Shown: positions 12,801-21,019 of the stretch, piece by piece
How the letters are laid out: each line of letters starts with the position of its first letter
Position numbering within the stretch: the stretch's first letter is position 1
Assembly: GCA_000002435.2 (NCBI GenBank)
Contig: CM018793.1
DNA length: 64,000 bases
Strand: one strand, 5' to 3'
DNA from: Giardia intestinalis
Taxonomy: Eukaryota
The notes under the pieces: model-generated
The model's input: only the letters and a program-made list of their open reading frames with translations
The model's database searches: none
Told to the model about the DNA's origin: nothing
Program-made: the position numbers and the translations under genes

Positions 12801-15800
12801 GGCTCCTTCATTGGATCTGTAGCTGGCGCAGCCTCTTCCGTCTTCTTTTTAGGAACATTCTTTCCGCCCGATTCGGGAGGCTTCTTGGAGGCATCCTCCC
12901 ATTGGGAGACTCTAACTAAGATATCCTTATATGCCTTGCTGTTTTCAAGTAAATTCTCTAAGGACAAAATGGGCATCTGCACCCCTTTGCTCAGTGCATC
13001 CACGGCTTCTCTTGGCCTGTTATAGAACGAAGAAATTTTGTTTGCTAGAGTTGTCTTTCCTGCTAAGGGGGCTCCGTGAATGACATAAACGAGAAAGGGA
13101 AGGTTGCTGAGACATGTATCGTTACTAGCGATCCGGTAGCTTCTGCCTTTGATTACAGACGGCGCAATGCGCGCATATTTCTGAGTTAAAAGCTCTATGG
13201 GGCAAAGATCATATGCAAAGTCCTCTTGAGAAACTGGCGCATCTAAATACTGGATGGTCTCATCTTCAGCCGGTAGCTCACACGCATCTACCCGGGATAC
13301 TGGCAACTCAACGGACTTGTCCGCAGCCTCTGACTTGGCAGCTGATGCAACGTTTCTACTTGCCCCCTGAGTATCTGTACTAATAACAGAGCTTGTACGG
13401 TGTGCAGGATCCGGCTTATCGGAGCGCCCCGATGCCCCACGAGACTTACTGATGGTCTTACCAACCGAGACATCTGGTTCATATGTCTCGGTCGCCTCCG
13501 GCGGCAAATAACATTGCTCAAACCAGGCAACTAGCCTAGTCAGTCCCAGCTCCAATAATAACTTCTTAGTTATAGGACCCAAGCCATCCCCTGGAGCAGG
13601 CACTTCACTCAGAAGATGGGAATAGGTAGGGGGACGTGCCTGTTTATTATCGAGAGTAGATAGTATCTTAGTAGGCTTCCTAGCCCGAGCCTCCGTTTGA
13701 GTAAGCATGGGTTCCACAGCGTCGCTAGTCGGTTGCTCATTTGCAGCTAAAAGAGACAAGACATCCGGCTTTCCCAGTAAGGAAAGGACAGACGGACTGT
13801 TAGCGCCGTATGCAGCTGGAGTGTACGATCCCGCAAAGCGGTAAATAGAGTTGTTACTGGGATCTCCCTGAGTCCCATCAGAAGACCTGAGTGCTGGTTG
13901 AATTGTGGTCTTTCTGTCAAAGACAAGCATCTTTCCGCAATTCCTTGCTAACGAAGAGTACAGCAGCTGCTCGATATGATTGAATTTGTCAAACTCTTTC
14001 ACATATAGCTCATATGTCTCATCAGAATCATTCCGCAGCTCAACCACTTCAAAGCTCCCTGGTAACTCCTTAGGATAAATCGGCAAAAACTCAACGATCT
14101 GCTTGCTCAGGCGCACCGCCGGGTGAGTCCCGAGACCTACAAAATGCACCGTAACCTTAGATGAGTTTCCATTTATGCCACCCATCTTTACGTGGAAAAC
14201 TAAGGAGCCCCTAAAGTAGGTTCTATCCGTGCTATCTGGGAAGTAGTCAAACGGCTTGAACACGATATCCAGCAACAAATCGCTGGTCTTTGGAGCTAAC
14301 GAACCGTAGTTTTGGAGAGCGGTGTCCTCTGCAGTAATTAGTGTAAAGATATTGGGGTCGGTCCCAAGGAGCGGAGCCTCTACCGAGAGACCCTTTTCCT
14401 TTCCTTCCTTCAATAGGCCTACTACTCCACTTAGAAACTCAAATGTATAAGCAGCCTGCACGGCTGTCGGATTTTCAAGCCGCAGATTGAACATCTTTGC
14501 TTGTCCGTAAAGCACTTCACCGAAGTTTAACACATATGCGTCGGACTCCTTAATCGGCAGTGCCACAAAATTGGATGAGCATGCAGATAAATTGACCGGC
14601 CGAATTGTCGGTAGCGTCACTGAGACGTTGCAGGTCAAGAAGCCTATGATAGATTGCTTGAACTCAATCGGGATGACGAATACATAATTACCGAGGACAG
14701 CCTTATGATTTGCAGTATACATAATTGTAAGTGTGATGCTTTCGCCGCTGGGTAGACGAGAGACCTTTTCAGGCTCCACAGAGACTCCTGCTGGCAACAT
14801 GAAGCGCTTATCAAATGATAGATGCATGGGGGTGGATCCTTTGTTGTAGATAGTGATCGTCTGAGAGGTCTTTGTGCCGCGAATAACAGGGGGAAGAGAG
14901 ACCGCGACATTAAATAAGACAAACTTGTTGCAAAGATAGTTTGTAGACAGCTTCTCTCGAAGATGGTGATATTGGCCGTCGTTCAAGTGGATTGGCTGCT
15001 TGTTTGATGTAGGTGCTCTGGTAACTGACGATGCTTGAGAGACCATCGATGTCCCATCCAGGAACAGAGTTGTGCCGGGGGTCTCCTTTTTCGCCTGGTT
15101 CGTGGCTGACAATCGGTGAGCTACCGAAGGAGAAAGTAGTCGTGTTCTGGCAATGCTCATCTTCTTCTCAGACGGACGAACAGCATTATGGGCTGACCGG
15201 CTGGCGGCCTCTATGATGTCTTCTGCACCTATAATCGGAAAGGTTCCGTAATATCGATAGAATTCTAGGAAATTTATGCAAAGGTCGCTGGCTACGGAGT
15301 TCAGAACATAATCCTTGTGAAGAGAAGCAAGAAAGCCTTCGCTTGTTATTGTCTCTGTCCCTTTTGGCTCATAACGCACTCCATAGATTTCTAATGAGCC
15401 ATCTGGGCCTATTTTCTTGTGCAAAGTGCTGATTAATTGAGTCGAACAGGGTGATCGCAACTGTATACTGGTTGATGCCGCGTTTGCTTCAGAACTAGCA
15501 GAGTCTTCTGCCAGACATCGCAGACCCACGGCATCCACCTCAACATGACGAATATATAGACTCGCAGCAATCAGAAAGGCGTTATACGGGAGCAGTTCTG
15601 AAAGGGGAGAAGCAGATGCATTGTTGTCCCAAGGAAAAAGGTATTCCATAGGGGGGAGTGTGTTAGAGACTTGCGTGTGGGTCTCCGCCAGCAGGCTCCC
15701 ACCACTAACCAAGAGGGGACGCTCAATATACGCTTTGGCTGTGATGGGCAAAATCAGACGCTCCAAGTATCCTATTTTGATAGATAAAGGAATGTAAAGC

Positions 15801-18800
15801 GGTCCTGGAATGAGGGGTCGAACACTCAATGGTATCTCAAGAACGCTATGTCCATTGAGCTCATAACTAAAGTCAGAAACAGCAGCAGGAGAGGTCAGTA
15901 CCTGGAGTGGAGCATTACTAAGTTTGTTTATGAAGGGTCTGCACTCATAGGGTATGCTAATAACGACAGTAGTTTTCATGGGCGACTTATTGGTAATCGA
16001 TATCGTGCTGGTCTGCTCTGACGAAAAGGTGATATCCCCATAATTTATATAGCTAGGTCGGACATCGGCCTCAAGGTTACTTGTGCCAGCTCGTAATCCA
16101 TAGGAGTAGGACTCTCCCCCATCAATGGAGCATATCATTCTGCACTGATCTGTGCAGATCTCGTTTGTTTGGCCGACAAACGAAACATTGAATTTTGCCA
16201 GGTGGCCCGGAAGAAGGCCAGAGTTACCGTCCACGCCTAATGGAGTGATATCGTACTTGAACTTGTCCGAGCCTTGGGCCATTTGGAGAAGCCACTGGAA
16301 GCGAACCGGAAAACGGGAAATGTTCTTGCACAGTATTATCTGGGTTATGGTAGTGCCAACATTGGCCATTCCAAAGTCAATGATGCCCTTTTCAGGATCT
16401 GTAGAGGAGTTATCAAGCGGTAAGTCGTGCTTGGATGCTTGATTACTAAGGGCAGAATAAGCAGAATACATGTCTAAATTATGCTCCTTGAGGGTCGCCA
16501 ACGAACAGGAACGAAACTCGAGACTTGGGAAGAAGGCTGAAAGCTTCAGAGGCACTGCAACCGTGGGCACAGAAATGGGAAGTTGACCTGGAGGAAGAAG
16601 TCGGATTATAAGCGTAGAGTCAACAAACTTAGGCGTAGAGTCTGAACGAACGTAGTCTGTATCAACACTGATCTCTACGATACAGAATTCTTCTGAGTTG
16701 CCCTTCAGGTCTATAGACACCGTTTGTGCAAAGGCTGGAAAGTGCACCGGGCCGCCGAAAGTAATGGAGCAGGGATCAGTTGGTTGAATGGGTATTTCGC
16801 TGTCTTCTGATGTGCCCTTTTGCAGCCCAAGAGCTTGTCTGAAAGGGGAGCTCACATTGGCAGGCACTAGAGCACTGGCATCCTCATCTAGCTCATCGAC
16901 CGCATGATTTGATGCATCGCTGATAGTAGGTTCTTCGTCTCCATTGTTAGGAGGACATGCCACAGGAGCGCCATCTAGGCATTGCTCAATGGCGCATGGG
17001 GAAGGAGAATTATCTAGTGTTGCGGAAATGAAATCGCCACAATAGCCAGGATCATCAACCCTATCGGCAAGGCCTGCTTCAAGAGCTAGGGTATCGTGGA
17101 TATAGTGGCACACATGCTCATCATCCTTGGCTATAGCGCGAACCCGAAATGGGGCCTGGACAAGAATCTGCATCTTTCCAGGAAGACTGCTTGTATTCAC
17201 CAATTTTATAAACTTTGTTAGCTCGTGGTGTACGTAGTAGTAACCATCTGGTGAAACAAATTTCGCGAGGGGAACCGGCGGATCATTATTAAATGGAATA
17301 TTGTCTGCACCAAGAAATTGCGAAGTAACGTCTGCACGCTCAATGAAGTAATCTGGTGATGCAATAACTGGAAACTCTTCGTAAATAAAGTTTAGAAGAG
17401 AAGGGCGCTGTTTCTTGTTAGATACGCGTGTGCTGGGTCTATCTACAACAGAACCCGCGATACTTTCCGAAACATCAGTAATAGTCAGGGATGATTCAAC
17501 AGGCCTTCGAGTAACTTGTACGAGTGGCGCAGATCCTGGGCTTTGTCCTTTGCATACGAGTACAAGGTGTCGTTCAAGGAAGCTGTACTTTCCCAAGGAA
17601 AGAGGTTCGCAGCGCTCATGATAAAGTGAAGCAGTTTGCAGGCCTTCGTTCAAGGGCAGAACCATCTCGGAGGCAGTTACCTCTGCATTGATAAAACTAT
17701 AACAAAACGTGACCTGAAAGGCTACTTTAGTTTCCTTCCCGGGTACATTAGACTTCAGTTGATAGATCTCTCGACCGTTGGTGATAACAGACGGAACACG
17801 GCCCCTTAGCTTGAATGTATGGAAAGCCCCAGGTTGCAGCTGGACACGGTCTTGCTCGAATTTCAGGTAATGAGTGTTTCCTTGACCCTTTTTAACCCCG
17901 GGATTTCCTATGTAAACCCACGTGCAATTTTGGGCAAAGGCGCCGTGATTTTGAATAACAATGCTGTACTGCAGTTCCTCCGTGACAAACCACGTGCCAC
18001 AGTCAACGTTCGGTTCTTTGTTGAGATCTTGATGGGGGCATAGCAAGTTGGTCCCCTTTGCAGAGGCGTACATAGGCACTTTAATAACACTGCTAGTGGC
18101 CTTGATCGTATCCTCCGAGAGGCTGCAACTAGCATTCGCCAATGTCACATACACTAGCAGGTTCTCACGATAGGTACCTGCCTCAGTTGTGTAGAACGTG
18201 ATAGGAATGCTTGTTTCCTCGCCAGGGGCCACAAGCTTATCGCTAAACTCTTTCTCAATACTGAAGAAGGATCCGTGCTTTTCTGGAATCACTCTGCAGC
18301 GAGCAGAGGTCAGTCCGACGTTTTTCAGAGTGAGCGGTAGGTGCACCACGTCGAGAACCCTGACGTAAGACTCCTTGTTGTTCGGCCGAGTAAACTCCAG
18401 AGGGCCGCCGGCCTCTACACGGGGGCCTCTTGCAGAATACTGAACCATACAGGACAGCGTCTGCTTCTCAAAGGCGTCAGAGGTGAATGCAACTGGGATA
18501 ACCAAATGGCCCTGGGAGCGTGGGATGATTCCGCATTCAAGGGATTCTTCTGCACCAGGAAGAAGTACCCCACTCGCTTTGCTACAAGTAATTAGGCAAT
18601 TATCGAGAACATCTTGGACAGGAAAGCTCCAGTTACCTATCACAGACGCAACGTTCTTAATCTTAACGTTGAACGTATGCCTGTAACCAACGAACCCCTC
18701 TGCAATATTAATCACCGTGGGATCAATCTCAAACTTGGGATTGATGATTGATCCGATTATCTGAATAGTTTGTAGCGGGCGCTGAGAAGATGCGTGATAA

Positions 18801-20248
18801 AGATTTAGATCAATGTCCTTGTAAAACCCAGCACGGCGCTTAGGAAGGATCGTCAAAGAGACATGTGCATCTGCACCAGGTTTCAATCTAAGATGGGGCG
18901 GATTGACGCTAAAGTCTGAACAGGCCAAAAGCATTTCCTGCTTAGTGTCGCTGTTTCCCTGACCTTCGTGGTCAAAAACCCAACGGGACGGCTCAATCTT
19001 GAGCGTAAAGTCACATTCCAGTTGGGAGAGATTGCGCACTCGAAGATCCTTACTACTGGAGAAGCTGAAGGCCACAAGACCAAAGTCAATGATCCTGTCT
19101 TTATCGATCTCGTTAACCGCCAGAAACTCTTTGGTAAGCCAGGACATGTGCTCAACGTCGCTATGCTCATCACTATAATAAACCCCGCGCCGTCCATTGG
19201 CCTCATCAATAATGCGCCGCCGGAGCCGCTTATCGGCGATCAGGACACGAAGGTGTGTTTCGGTGAGACTGTCAGAGAAGACCTTCATCTCGACATTGGG
19301 AGCCACGGAAGTGGCTTTGATTTCAACGACAAGACACTTGCTCAGGCCAAGAATAGACCAGAGAGAAGGGATGATATATTCCTTTATAGAATGGGGGGTG
19401 AATGTAAGCTCTATATTGATATGAGATCTGGGTGGAATAACCCCACTAATACAGCTATATTGCAAAATGTAACTAGGATCATGCTCCTCCGTAGGCATCA
19501 AGTGAAACTCTACCTCTATCTCAGAGTGGTTTGTTAACGTGAGCTCACCCCGTGCAGAAGCACCGACCACGACTGCCCTGAAGCGAAGCTCGTCACAATC
19601 AAACTCAACTTCCGGACCAACCGCTAATGCACGCATCCGGAGAGGCTGACGTTCTTTGCTGCCCGTGCACTCAATCCAAGCGGTGGTGTCGTGCGGACCT
19701 GAAACTGATGGTTGAAAAGTAACTGTGAAAGTACACTTGCTGCTAGGATAGATTGTTCCAGAAAGAGGGAAGACAGAGAAGGGCAGTAGTAGCTCATGAA
19801 AATCGGGGTCTTCCCCGTTCTGAGGACAGGGGTAGGCTTTAACCTTAAAAGTTGTCACGACGTCGGACATATTCATTAGGTCTACATGGGATGTGGCTGT
19901 ATGGGTAACTAGAGTCTTAGGAAAATTATCGAGCACCGTCCGCTCCAACTTAAATTCAGCAGAGTATGAACTACAGATGAGAGCGACGGATTTGTATAGA
20001 GCCTTATTGAGAGAAACATGTAAAGTACCCCGGTTCACCCCAACATTGGTAGGGTGACAGGTAAGAGTGAGTTGCTTGGAAATCATTGGAGGAAGGCTGA
20101 CACTGGTGGGAGAAACAGAGAAGGGCCCGTCAGTGACAAAAGTAAGCCCCATGGGACCGTCACTGTCATTCATCAGAAAGAGAGGCCTTTCAGCAGTGAT
20201 TCCATATGGCGTAGCATCGAAGACCACCTCCGTAGGAAGATCGACCAT
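872..20248 (-). CDS. HYDIN: Giant 6458-aa hydin-like axonemal central-pair protein. It contains dozens of ASH/PapD-like Ig-fold modules and an internal adenylate-kinase-like P-loop.
   Basis: A single uninterrupted 19.4-kb ORF has an ATG at 20246-20248 and a TAA at 872-874. Beta-sandwich module patterns such as F.V.N.G..P..F recur throughout, for example LNFGEVLYGQAKMFNLRLENPTAVQAAYTFEF. A P-loop YVIHGAPLAGKTTLANKI is encoded around 13050-13080, consistent with the Hydin_ADK domain. The sequence has no dynein-type GPAGTGKT motifs, so a dynein heavy chain is unlikely. Confidence 0.6.
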   Translation of the reverse strand: MVDLPTEVVFDATPYGITAERPLFLMNDSDGPMGLTFVTDGPFSVSPTSVSLPPMISKQLTLTCHPTNVGVNRGTLHVSLNKALYKSVALICSSYSAEFKLERTVLDNFPKTLVTHTATSHVDLMNMSDVVTTFKVKAYPCPQNGEDPDFHELLLPFSVFPLSGTIYPSSKCTFTVTFQPSVSGPHDTTAWIECTGSKERQPLRMRALAVGPEVEFDCDELRFRAVVVGASARGELTLTNHSEIEVEFHLMPTEEHDPSYILQYSCISGVIPPRSHINIELTFTPHSIKEYIIPSLWSILGLSKCLVVEIKATSVAPNVEMKVFSDSLTETHLRVLIADKRLRRRIIDEANGRRGVYYSDEHSDVEHMSWLTKEFLAVNEIDKDRIIDFGLVAFSFSSSKDLRVRNLSQLECDFTLKIEPSRWVFDHEGQGNSDTKQEMLLACSDFSVNPPHLRLKPGADAHVSLTILPKRRAGFYKDIDLNLYHASSQRPLQTIQIIGSIINPKFEIDPTVINIAEGFVGYRHTFNVKIKNVASVIGNWSFPVQDVLDNCLITCSKASGVLLPGAEESLECGIIPRSQGHLVIPVAFTSDAFEKQTLSCMVQYSARGPRVEAGGPLEFTRPNNKESYVRVLDVVHLPLTLKNVGLTSARCRVIPEKHGSFFSIEKEFSDKLVAPGEETSIPITFYTTEAGTYRENLLVYVTLANASCSLSEDTIKATSSVIKVPMYASAKGTNLLCPHQDLNKEPNVDCGTWFVTEELQYSIVIQNHGAFAQNCTWVYIGNPGVKKGQGNTHYLKFEQDRVQLQPGAFHTFKLRGRVPSVITNGREIYQLKSNVPGKETKVAFQVTFCYSFINAEVTASEMVLPLNEGLQTASLYHERCEPLSLGKYSFLERHLVLVCKGQSPGSAPLVQVTRRPVESSLTITDVSESIAGSVVDRPSTRVSNKKQRPSLLNFIYEEFPVIASPDYFIERADVTSQFLGADNIPFNNDPPVPLAKFVSPDGYYYVHHELTKFIKLVNTSSLPGKMQILVQAPFRVRAIAKDDEHVCHYIHDTLALEAGLADRVDDPGYCGDFISATLDNSPSPCAIEQCLDGAPVACPPNNGDEEPTISDASNHAVDELDEDASALVPANVSSPFRQALGLQKGTSEDSEIPIQPTDPCSITFGGPVHFPAFAQTVSIDLKGNSEEFCIVEISVDTDYVRSDSTPKFVDSTLIIRLLPPGQLPISVPTVAVPLKLSAFFPSLEFRSCSLATLKEHNLDMYSAYSALSNQASKHDLPLDNSSTDPEKGIIDFGMANVGTTITQIILCKNISRFPVRFQWLLQMAQGSDKFKYDITPLGVDGNSGLLPGHLAKFNVSFVGQTNEICTDQCRMICSIDGGESYSYGLRAGTSNLEADVRPSYINYGDITFSSEQTSTISITNKSPMKTTVVISIPYECRPFINKLSNAPLQVLTSPAAVSDFSYELNGHSVLEIPLSVRPLIPGPLYIPLSIKIGYLERLILPITAKAYIERPLLVSGGSLLAETHTQVSNTLPPMEYLFPWDNNASASPLSELLPYNAFLIAASLYIRHVEVDAVGLRCLAEDSASSEANAASTSIQLRSPCSTQLISTLHKKIGPDGSLEIYGVRYEPKGTETITSEGFLASLHKDYVLNSVASDLCINFLEFYRYYGTFPIIGAEDIIEAASRSAHNAVRPSEKKMSIARTRLLSPSVAHRLSATNQAKKETPGTTLFLDGTSMVSQASSVTRAPTSNKQPIHLNDGQYHHLREKLSTNYLCNKFVLFNVAVSLPPVIRGTKTSQTITIYNKGSTPMHLSFDKRFMLPAGVSVEPEKVSRLPSGESITLTIMYTANHKAVLGNYVFVIPIEFKQSIIGFLTCNVSVTLPTIRPVNLSACSSNFVALPIKESDAYVLNFGEVLYGQAKMFNLRLENPTAVQAAYTFEFLSGVVGLLKEGKEKGLSVEAPLLGTDPNIFTLITAEDTALQNYGSLAPKTSDLLLDIVFKPFDYFPDSTDRTYFRGSLVFHVKMGGINGNSSKVTVHFVGLGTHPAVRLSKQIVEFLPIYPKELPGSFEVVELRNDSDETYELYVKEFDKFNHIEQLLYSSLARNCGKMLVFDRKTTIQPALRSSDGTQGDPSNNSIYRFAGSYTPAAYGANSPSVLSLLGKPDVLSLLAANEQPTSDAVEPMLTQTEARARKPTKILSTLDNKQARPPTYSHLLSEVPAPGDGLGPITKKLLLELGLTRLVAWFEQCYLPPEATETYEPDVSVGKTISKSRGASGRSDKPDPAHRTSSVISTDTQGASRNVASAAKSEAADKSVELPVSRVDACELPAEDETIQYLDAPVSQEDFAYDLCPIELLTQKYARIAPSVIKGRSYRIASNDTCLSNLPFLVYVIHGAPLAGKTTLANKISSFYNRPREAVDALSKGVQMPILSLENLLENSKAYKDILVRVSQWEDASKKPPESGGKNVPKKKTEEAAPATDPMKEPDYLDALADSLYTSIVETFGARTTSLEGITADEGGTSYTHSLTGLIFDSLTCSAVRDVGDAIIVIAKASVKHFMKPIFYSAQNVSSRLLFHTIILDCSPVDSRRRAMEILVNDYKSVEMGVPVQDETEPAETRKAETKISMVRLALSGAKKQYDKELALHSKEPKEASLSPRQKIPALSDSDLGPAATTVTDAVANGDEQGPGASAATYVTPFYDTVFVVDDPHGAAHQMYLKSVPLINSALHAIKELVTLAHKTSIDAYRSSSGSMDSFSPEEASYKKALDTLKQAQEALSQAKKADQKRLQQAVDEATKVVAELEKALPPHPVTKINEENMFLVTYMDTTASNRIDPTSTLEEILHRVRKAYTCYTSILQKKLTNLATYSSAQSISGQGTFTSFLHVQTSDDLYVIETIQRILDVIFDAADYKQESFSGIASDESDIPDPERTMAVTDAGADVESVAPAVESLEVTDRKKSRTSKTPIQVLNKMLQKYARSPAFATLKHVTGAIMNKEFMSPKVMLECLYDAAVFQYEHEQTFKRIARVLPANSSTIYSFQDAQKQVQTICAEIKDLQASLSSKGANAKQLSQSLAEKQAAKDNAETNIRTLFSGVDFPSEMGSTRWILKPHSSLRVGFRFVSNSILTTKLRVHFGVRGCSTVFPLVFVCKCDFPHIIEQLNVIFTARTATKNGKSLTPLPDGMSTAMLTTSGTQPGPDESSAAAEVSQTPNFNDSDQKGEPVAIVQRPAEVSVKPRPGEPVALFGFGYLRSGLQRPEFFSMSSAFSNPYAASEAPLDVMPGTKQRPSTKVRSRPSSSVSALPKDEGQNQGNKPEASPSCLLTKLDTLTHQRACKFIADTICKFTPQHMEVLSIINDSYFPVTVAFIFDSMLHGLAELTHANSSRGTEINFSSDEVVSVVKEGLQKVFSSTDPTLSLQDLLFDGSLQTSKSGTKQQGKPGTKGAPVADVEPVFVVYPYRLTLQPGERSAIYITCFPPEDKSYKETLFIGVNGNPSYLAIGFSCAGQTPRIEYSLPECAEDLLPCSNISKDVDDLAANSTRYLANGYKLDAKDIVSGSKNASKAPTKGKDPAHENLYQLNNLLVPRVPTSTTESLEIPIENTSQLPLMVEYCPMHTELSMLTAVTQVVNYPEYLVKSSVKTTKYPRSTRIADQQYSWRVNNSLLINNARFYLGPGERKVLNVEYSSPTEARIVMPGKLLVRQHVGGLKNVPENDVLVDKSRANGPRLPTLDALGRAFLDPVVEHALNIICESHKVDVFTTIVGISESPDRIPSAVQSGESAFDTTKPNNNLNLGIVRALVYFKAELMLVNNGPYQVGYKIVVSKSFKDVIFLIEDSDSREKAERGKKQESSAPAQTRPIDPDMYKLVTIQSGTLGVDESNRPSSRPNPPQKQGKGASESSTSKVRISLIFRAPEARIYEKVPILQVTFFEPLTNLMLARNNVNLTAEAVFSQAKIQPERNIVFGEHPHGKVVSKTISIRNEGHFPFLLYIEPLEQVIKRWLLFGEASPFSDHAKKATNSELDASALRQFGVHLETVHELYRLCVENGLIRPSTEQKAQSKSVEKRSSAATTINLASIAALRSGPFIIQPSLLHLAPQESREVTVTFTSQANGNWRDYFIIDYTNKPPDYFGGSALTETFLASLLASLNDSAKTAPSILQTYISKNEDVQQRLAKLQYYVTNLPLLRYSLSAISIIPGIVTSNYSNIFEEQALSNQLPANPSMLVGGPTFSPISKIFCLGPCVIGSELSERIKVTNPYSVPCTVAIFLNFDQTRMTPQALDGVISERCGETSTQIVNFVSANLKKNAKRESATPSSQERSSQQAAKPPKPSGDKKDTTLVTNDNEAWSLENDFFRLLPNESTYVTLKYFPSAQVVSRCQVICVVVDHHFAVVDLIKNNLPGIFGLAQLQSGGSKQPTGKGMPPQDHVILQQLEDGLQEQDVARRRFSFIAEATGVLPEVSFSPQFVNLGKITVGASEMDLPTHPISILNTGRVSASYAIVISSQDMRHADCFVILQSQGRGSSDPVIEDGEEIHVKEPIPQGRLFTGLVVLPASTKNYFTIAPNTAALAKFPNGEVITATLTLKVMTSFVDYNVAEIPLQCIAISSKLNAIEGRFISTAIQIMYKETTALLFGTFGNPKAEQLTETILSHLSDSKAYEQLRQNQISTYGDVHFNQAISNRANVYLKDLPLNLAGSEEEKFGETSLPSTEPSNARPKSRPSQSSSMSVSSPPPIPQYMTTLTSAIYNTEVILQNTSTNHIRFEFNIDLCRKLGVIVHPSIGHIHAGAKKTIILRLTCPGNADEFASLFSVPGGKAAPLKTKKMPSKYGQTVLFGTPLICRYYPIMFQPGRRVNDWDNAQTTISYVTNANGVAVRTETVCPEPEYQVYLDEDEVRSLLEEMVSSRDLTDGLPRTGKGPSQASTKAAHPADRQALLQKVLSDIHAPDNRIALASSFLELNLFGFAGDFSVKCFSSSSTGDLEPLTLKADSVNGYSLLEFPMVSTPILQKSAAAFYLLNDSQTSPVVIFNSMATSQPESPYLVEPVLDGKTEIAMVPARPDLLASLVREYYPTLPEIPSISGLMAKVGIGAKTQIDKNALNALQTALTSSNPNINRYLIRYNISYEPRFPGAHHEVFASTAGNISLSLSAMAILPVCHLECNSNNVYLQTMRPGSMKTPQSFANLICSNPKSVKVLEILGQGVGITITNHITVLNCINQPYDVTLQRLPESNSSIVSTFGAGGRVSPGETSIIRFDYTPTRESTRAGVEEGFFILRIPQHDVTLPLLVVGRPTEPEVILSTNKLSFNPILVGDCATKEVSLTNTEKYPMNYKIRLAQPAKNMVDDDSANASFQCTITPTAGILQPLSTTSILFTVKPTCEGRINQLIKIVMPRRSVPLSLNVKYESFNAKHLLELLPDTPVGLPHQLGSHSELNFETVFVSDYRSRTLRLSNIGSHTIGYTCILSLKRHNSTARRDEVEFKRAKSCLEYEVETSDGDKETNATSKQTIKPGDHVFITLKFQPTLELRLTKDFGLTFTVSVEGCGSQELQLLGTGLKPGLHTEITRLDYGAMLNSLRHDKYAPRVISFVNRDTQPLTMEYFLGTNDFFIDTPPLSEPLRVGRTHDVAIKFIPGYAGKFKDMLTVMVNGLYKLRYPLTGQGIDCSFALHDVLSGSLINSYSNLSTSHALTVINLGSTSLSSPPIIKAVNIKNTTSATMHARVAVNDVSSDEVPKGLFLAIVPTEQYHDYFNKCMDMLDNWSNRNTKQIYLTGLPKESEMLPNQLCTIMIMHSPVSRTPQFQISASISIEDSIIFDSIISIKGAVLGSSAKLINQNIEMPPCIINSFVSRNFFIENTGDTELRYTISVPPKGLVKKSLLELFEKGVVTISPVSGLIPVGTNATITVKFSPQQVCRHFIPSIPVECTLEGKMIVVGEATLRCVCLDKASMEAAPNAQEVHMSCNARESTFTILHVDNNTDSVFVVRSILDGPDARQFQVPERLSIPPGGMDFKVMYSPLATADLHRADLYIAGADGGASIWALHGTVGQPMDEAVITNMQEADYNDLIGKSGASVAIVGKDKGKQTSVAGVPQGLPQSFIDTLTKAQRTICTGVEATCYRYTTFSFPLRNWEKRMQRFTVDVQFLDSSLSTFCQLNYPEIVDAPAIGAVRNIELGFMPFISGKLFAGTLSFVAHETNEKLIYRFVFESGGAPVVGRAALETTVRDPVEKLITIPNPLLSNKTISSLTLTATNDRDDLTITPETVTFNNKTSTYSFKVKFNPYVPFDSGAINTKVSFGVSTILSGVEKSELCRVDYTLELMCYIPRPSSPMKVQADVGTTLPFTITLVNNLRPKPTEKIVYALGLTEMHDIAGINELISKKTASGAVSTKTRETVLGIVDGKAIQNNLACFGLTSAEVAASYGQPFTISLKFSPQSFGEYSASLVVYNKQGGFWVVPLIGKCTRPPASGTITVTK

Positions 20249-20352
20249 GCTTTGGTTTTGCTCTGAATTTCAAAAAAGCTTAAAAATCCAGGGTTGTATA
20301 ATTTTACTCTCTCATAATGCTTTAACGAAAAGATAGCCAAAAGGATTGGTTC
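20249..20352. promoter_or_regulatory. 104-nt AT-rich divergent (bidirectional) promoter region between the hydin-like gene (-) and guanylate kinase (+)
   Basis: The sequence is tttcaaaaaagcttaaaaatccagggttgtataattttactctctcataatgctttaacgaaaagatagccaaaag. A/T-rich initiator-like stretches lie directly before both ATGs, as expected for Giardia promoters. Confidence 0.45.
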
Positions 20353-20970
20353 ATGCAGACGCGCTGCTTCAGGCCCACGCAGAACAAAATTATTGTCCTC
20401 AACGGGCCGTCAGGAAGCGGAAAATCAACCCTCTTTAGGGCCATCACGACAATGGATCGATACAAGGACTATTTTGGATTCTCCGTTTCACATACTACTA
20501 GGGCGCCCAGGCCAGGAGAGCGCGATGGCATCGACTATTATTTTGTCTCTCATGAGCAATTTCAGAGCCTGAGGGAACAGGGTGGCTTCTTGGAGACCGT
20601 CGAGAATTTTGGAAATTTCTATGGAACGTCGTTTGCTGCCATCAACGATGTTCTGAAGAGACAGCATTGCATCCTCGACATTGACTACCGGGGTGCAATG
20701 ACACTAAACGCCGTTCTTGAGCAGGAAAGGAACGTGAAAGCTCTCTTTGTTTTCATCAGCCCACCATCTGTTGAGCTCCTGGAGCAGAGGCTTCGCGGCC
20801 GCCAGACTGAGAGTGAAGAGCAGATCAAAAAGCGTCTTGATACCGCCCTGCGCGAGCTAGACTTCTTTAATGCTAACAGAAGCTTTTATGACGTCCACAT
20901 AATCAATGACAATCTCGAGGAAGCCATCCAGACCCTCGACCTCTCGGTGCGGAGATTCCTCTCGGGGTGA
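20353..20970 (+). CDS. Guanylate kinase (GMP kinase)
   Basis: The motifs are [12 protein letters not shown] (P-loop), [21 protein letters not shown] (GMP binding), NFYGTS and a LID region [20 protein letters not shown] start. The TGA stop overlaps the AGTAAAC poly(A) signal. Confidence 0.85.
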   Translation: MQTRCFRPTQNKIIVLNGPSGSGKSTLFRAITTMDRYKDYFGFSVSHTTRAPRPGERDGIDYYFVSHEQFQSLREQGGFLETVENFGNFYGTSFAAINDVLKRQHCILDIDYRGAMTLNAVLEQERNVKALFVFISPPSVELLEQRLRGRQTESEEQIKKRLDTALRELDFFNANRSFYDVHIINDNLEEAIQTLDLSVRRFLSG

Positions 20971-20976
20971 GTAAAC
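20970..20976 (+). other. Putative Giardia polyadenylation signal AGTAAAC overlapping the guanylate kinase stop codon (tgAGTAAAC)
   Basis: This is an exact match to the Giardia consensus AGTRAAY, positioned at the stop codon as is typical for Giardia mRNAs. Confidence 0.55.
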
Positions 20977-21019
20977 ACAATCTGTTAGTTCACTTTAGAC
21001 GACATAAGCTTAAGTGGAT

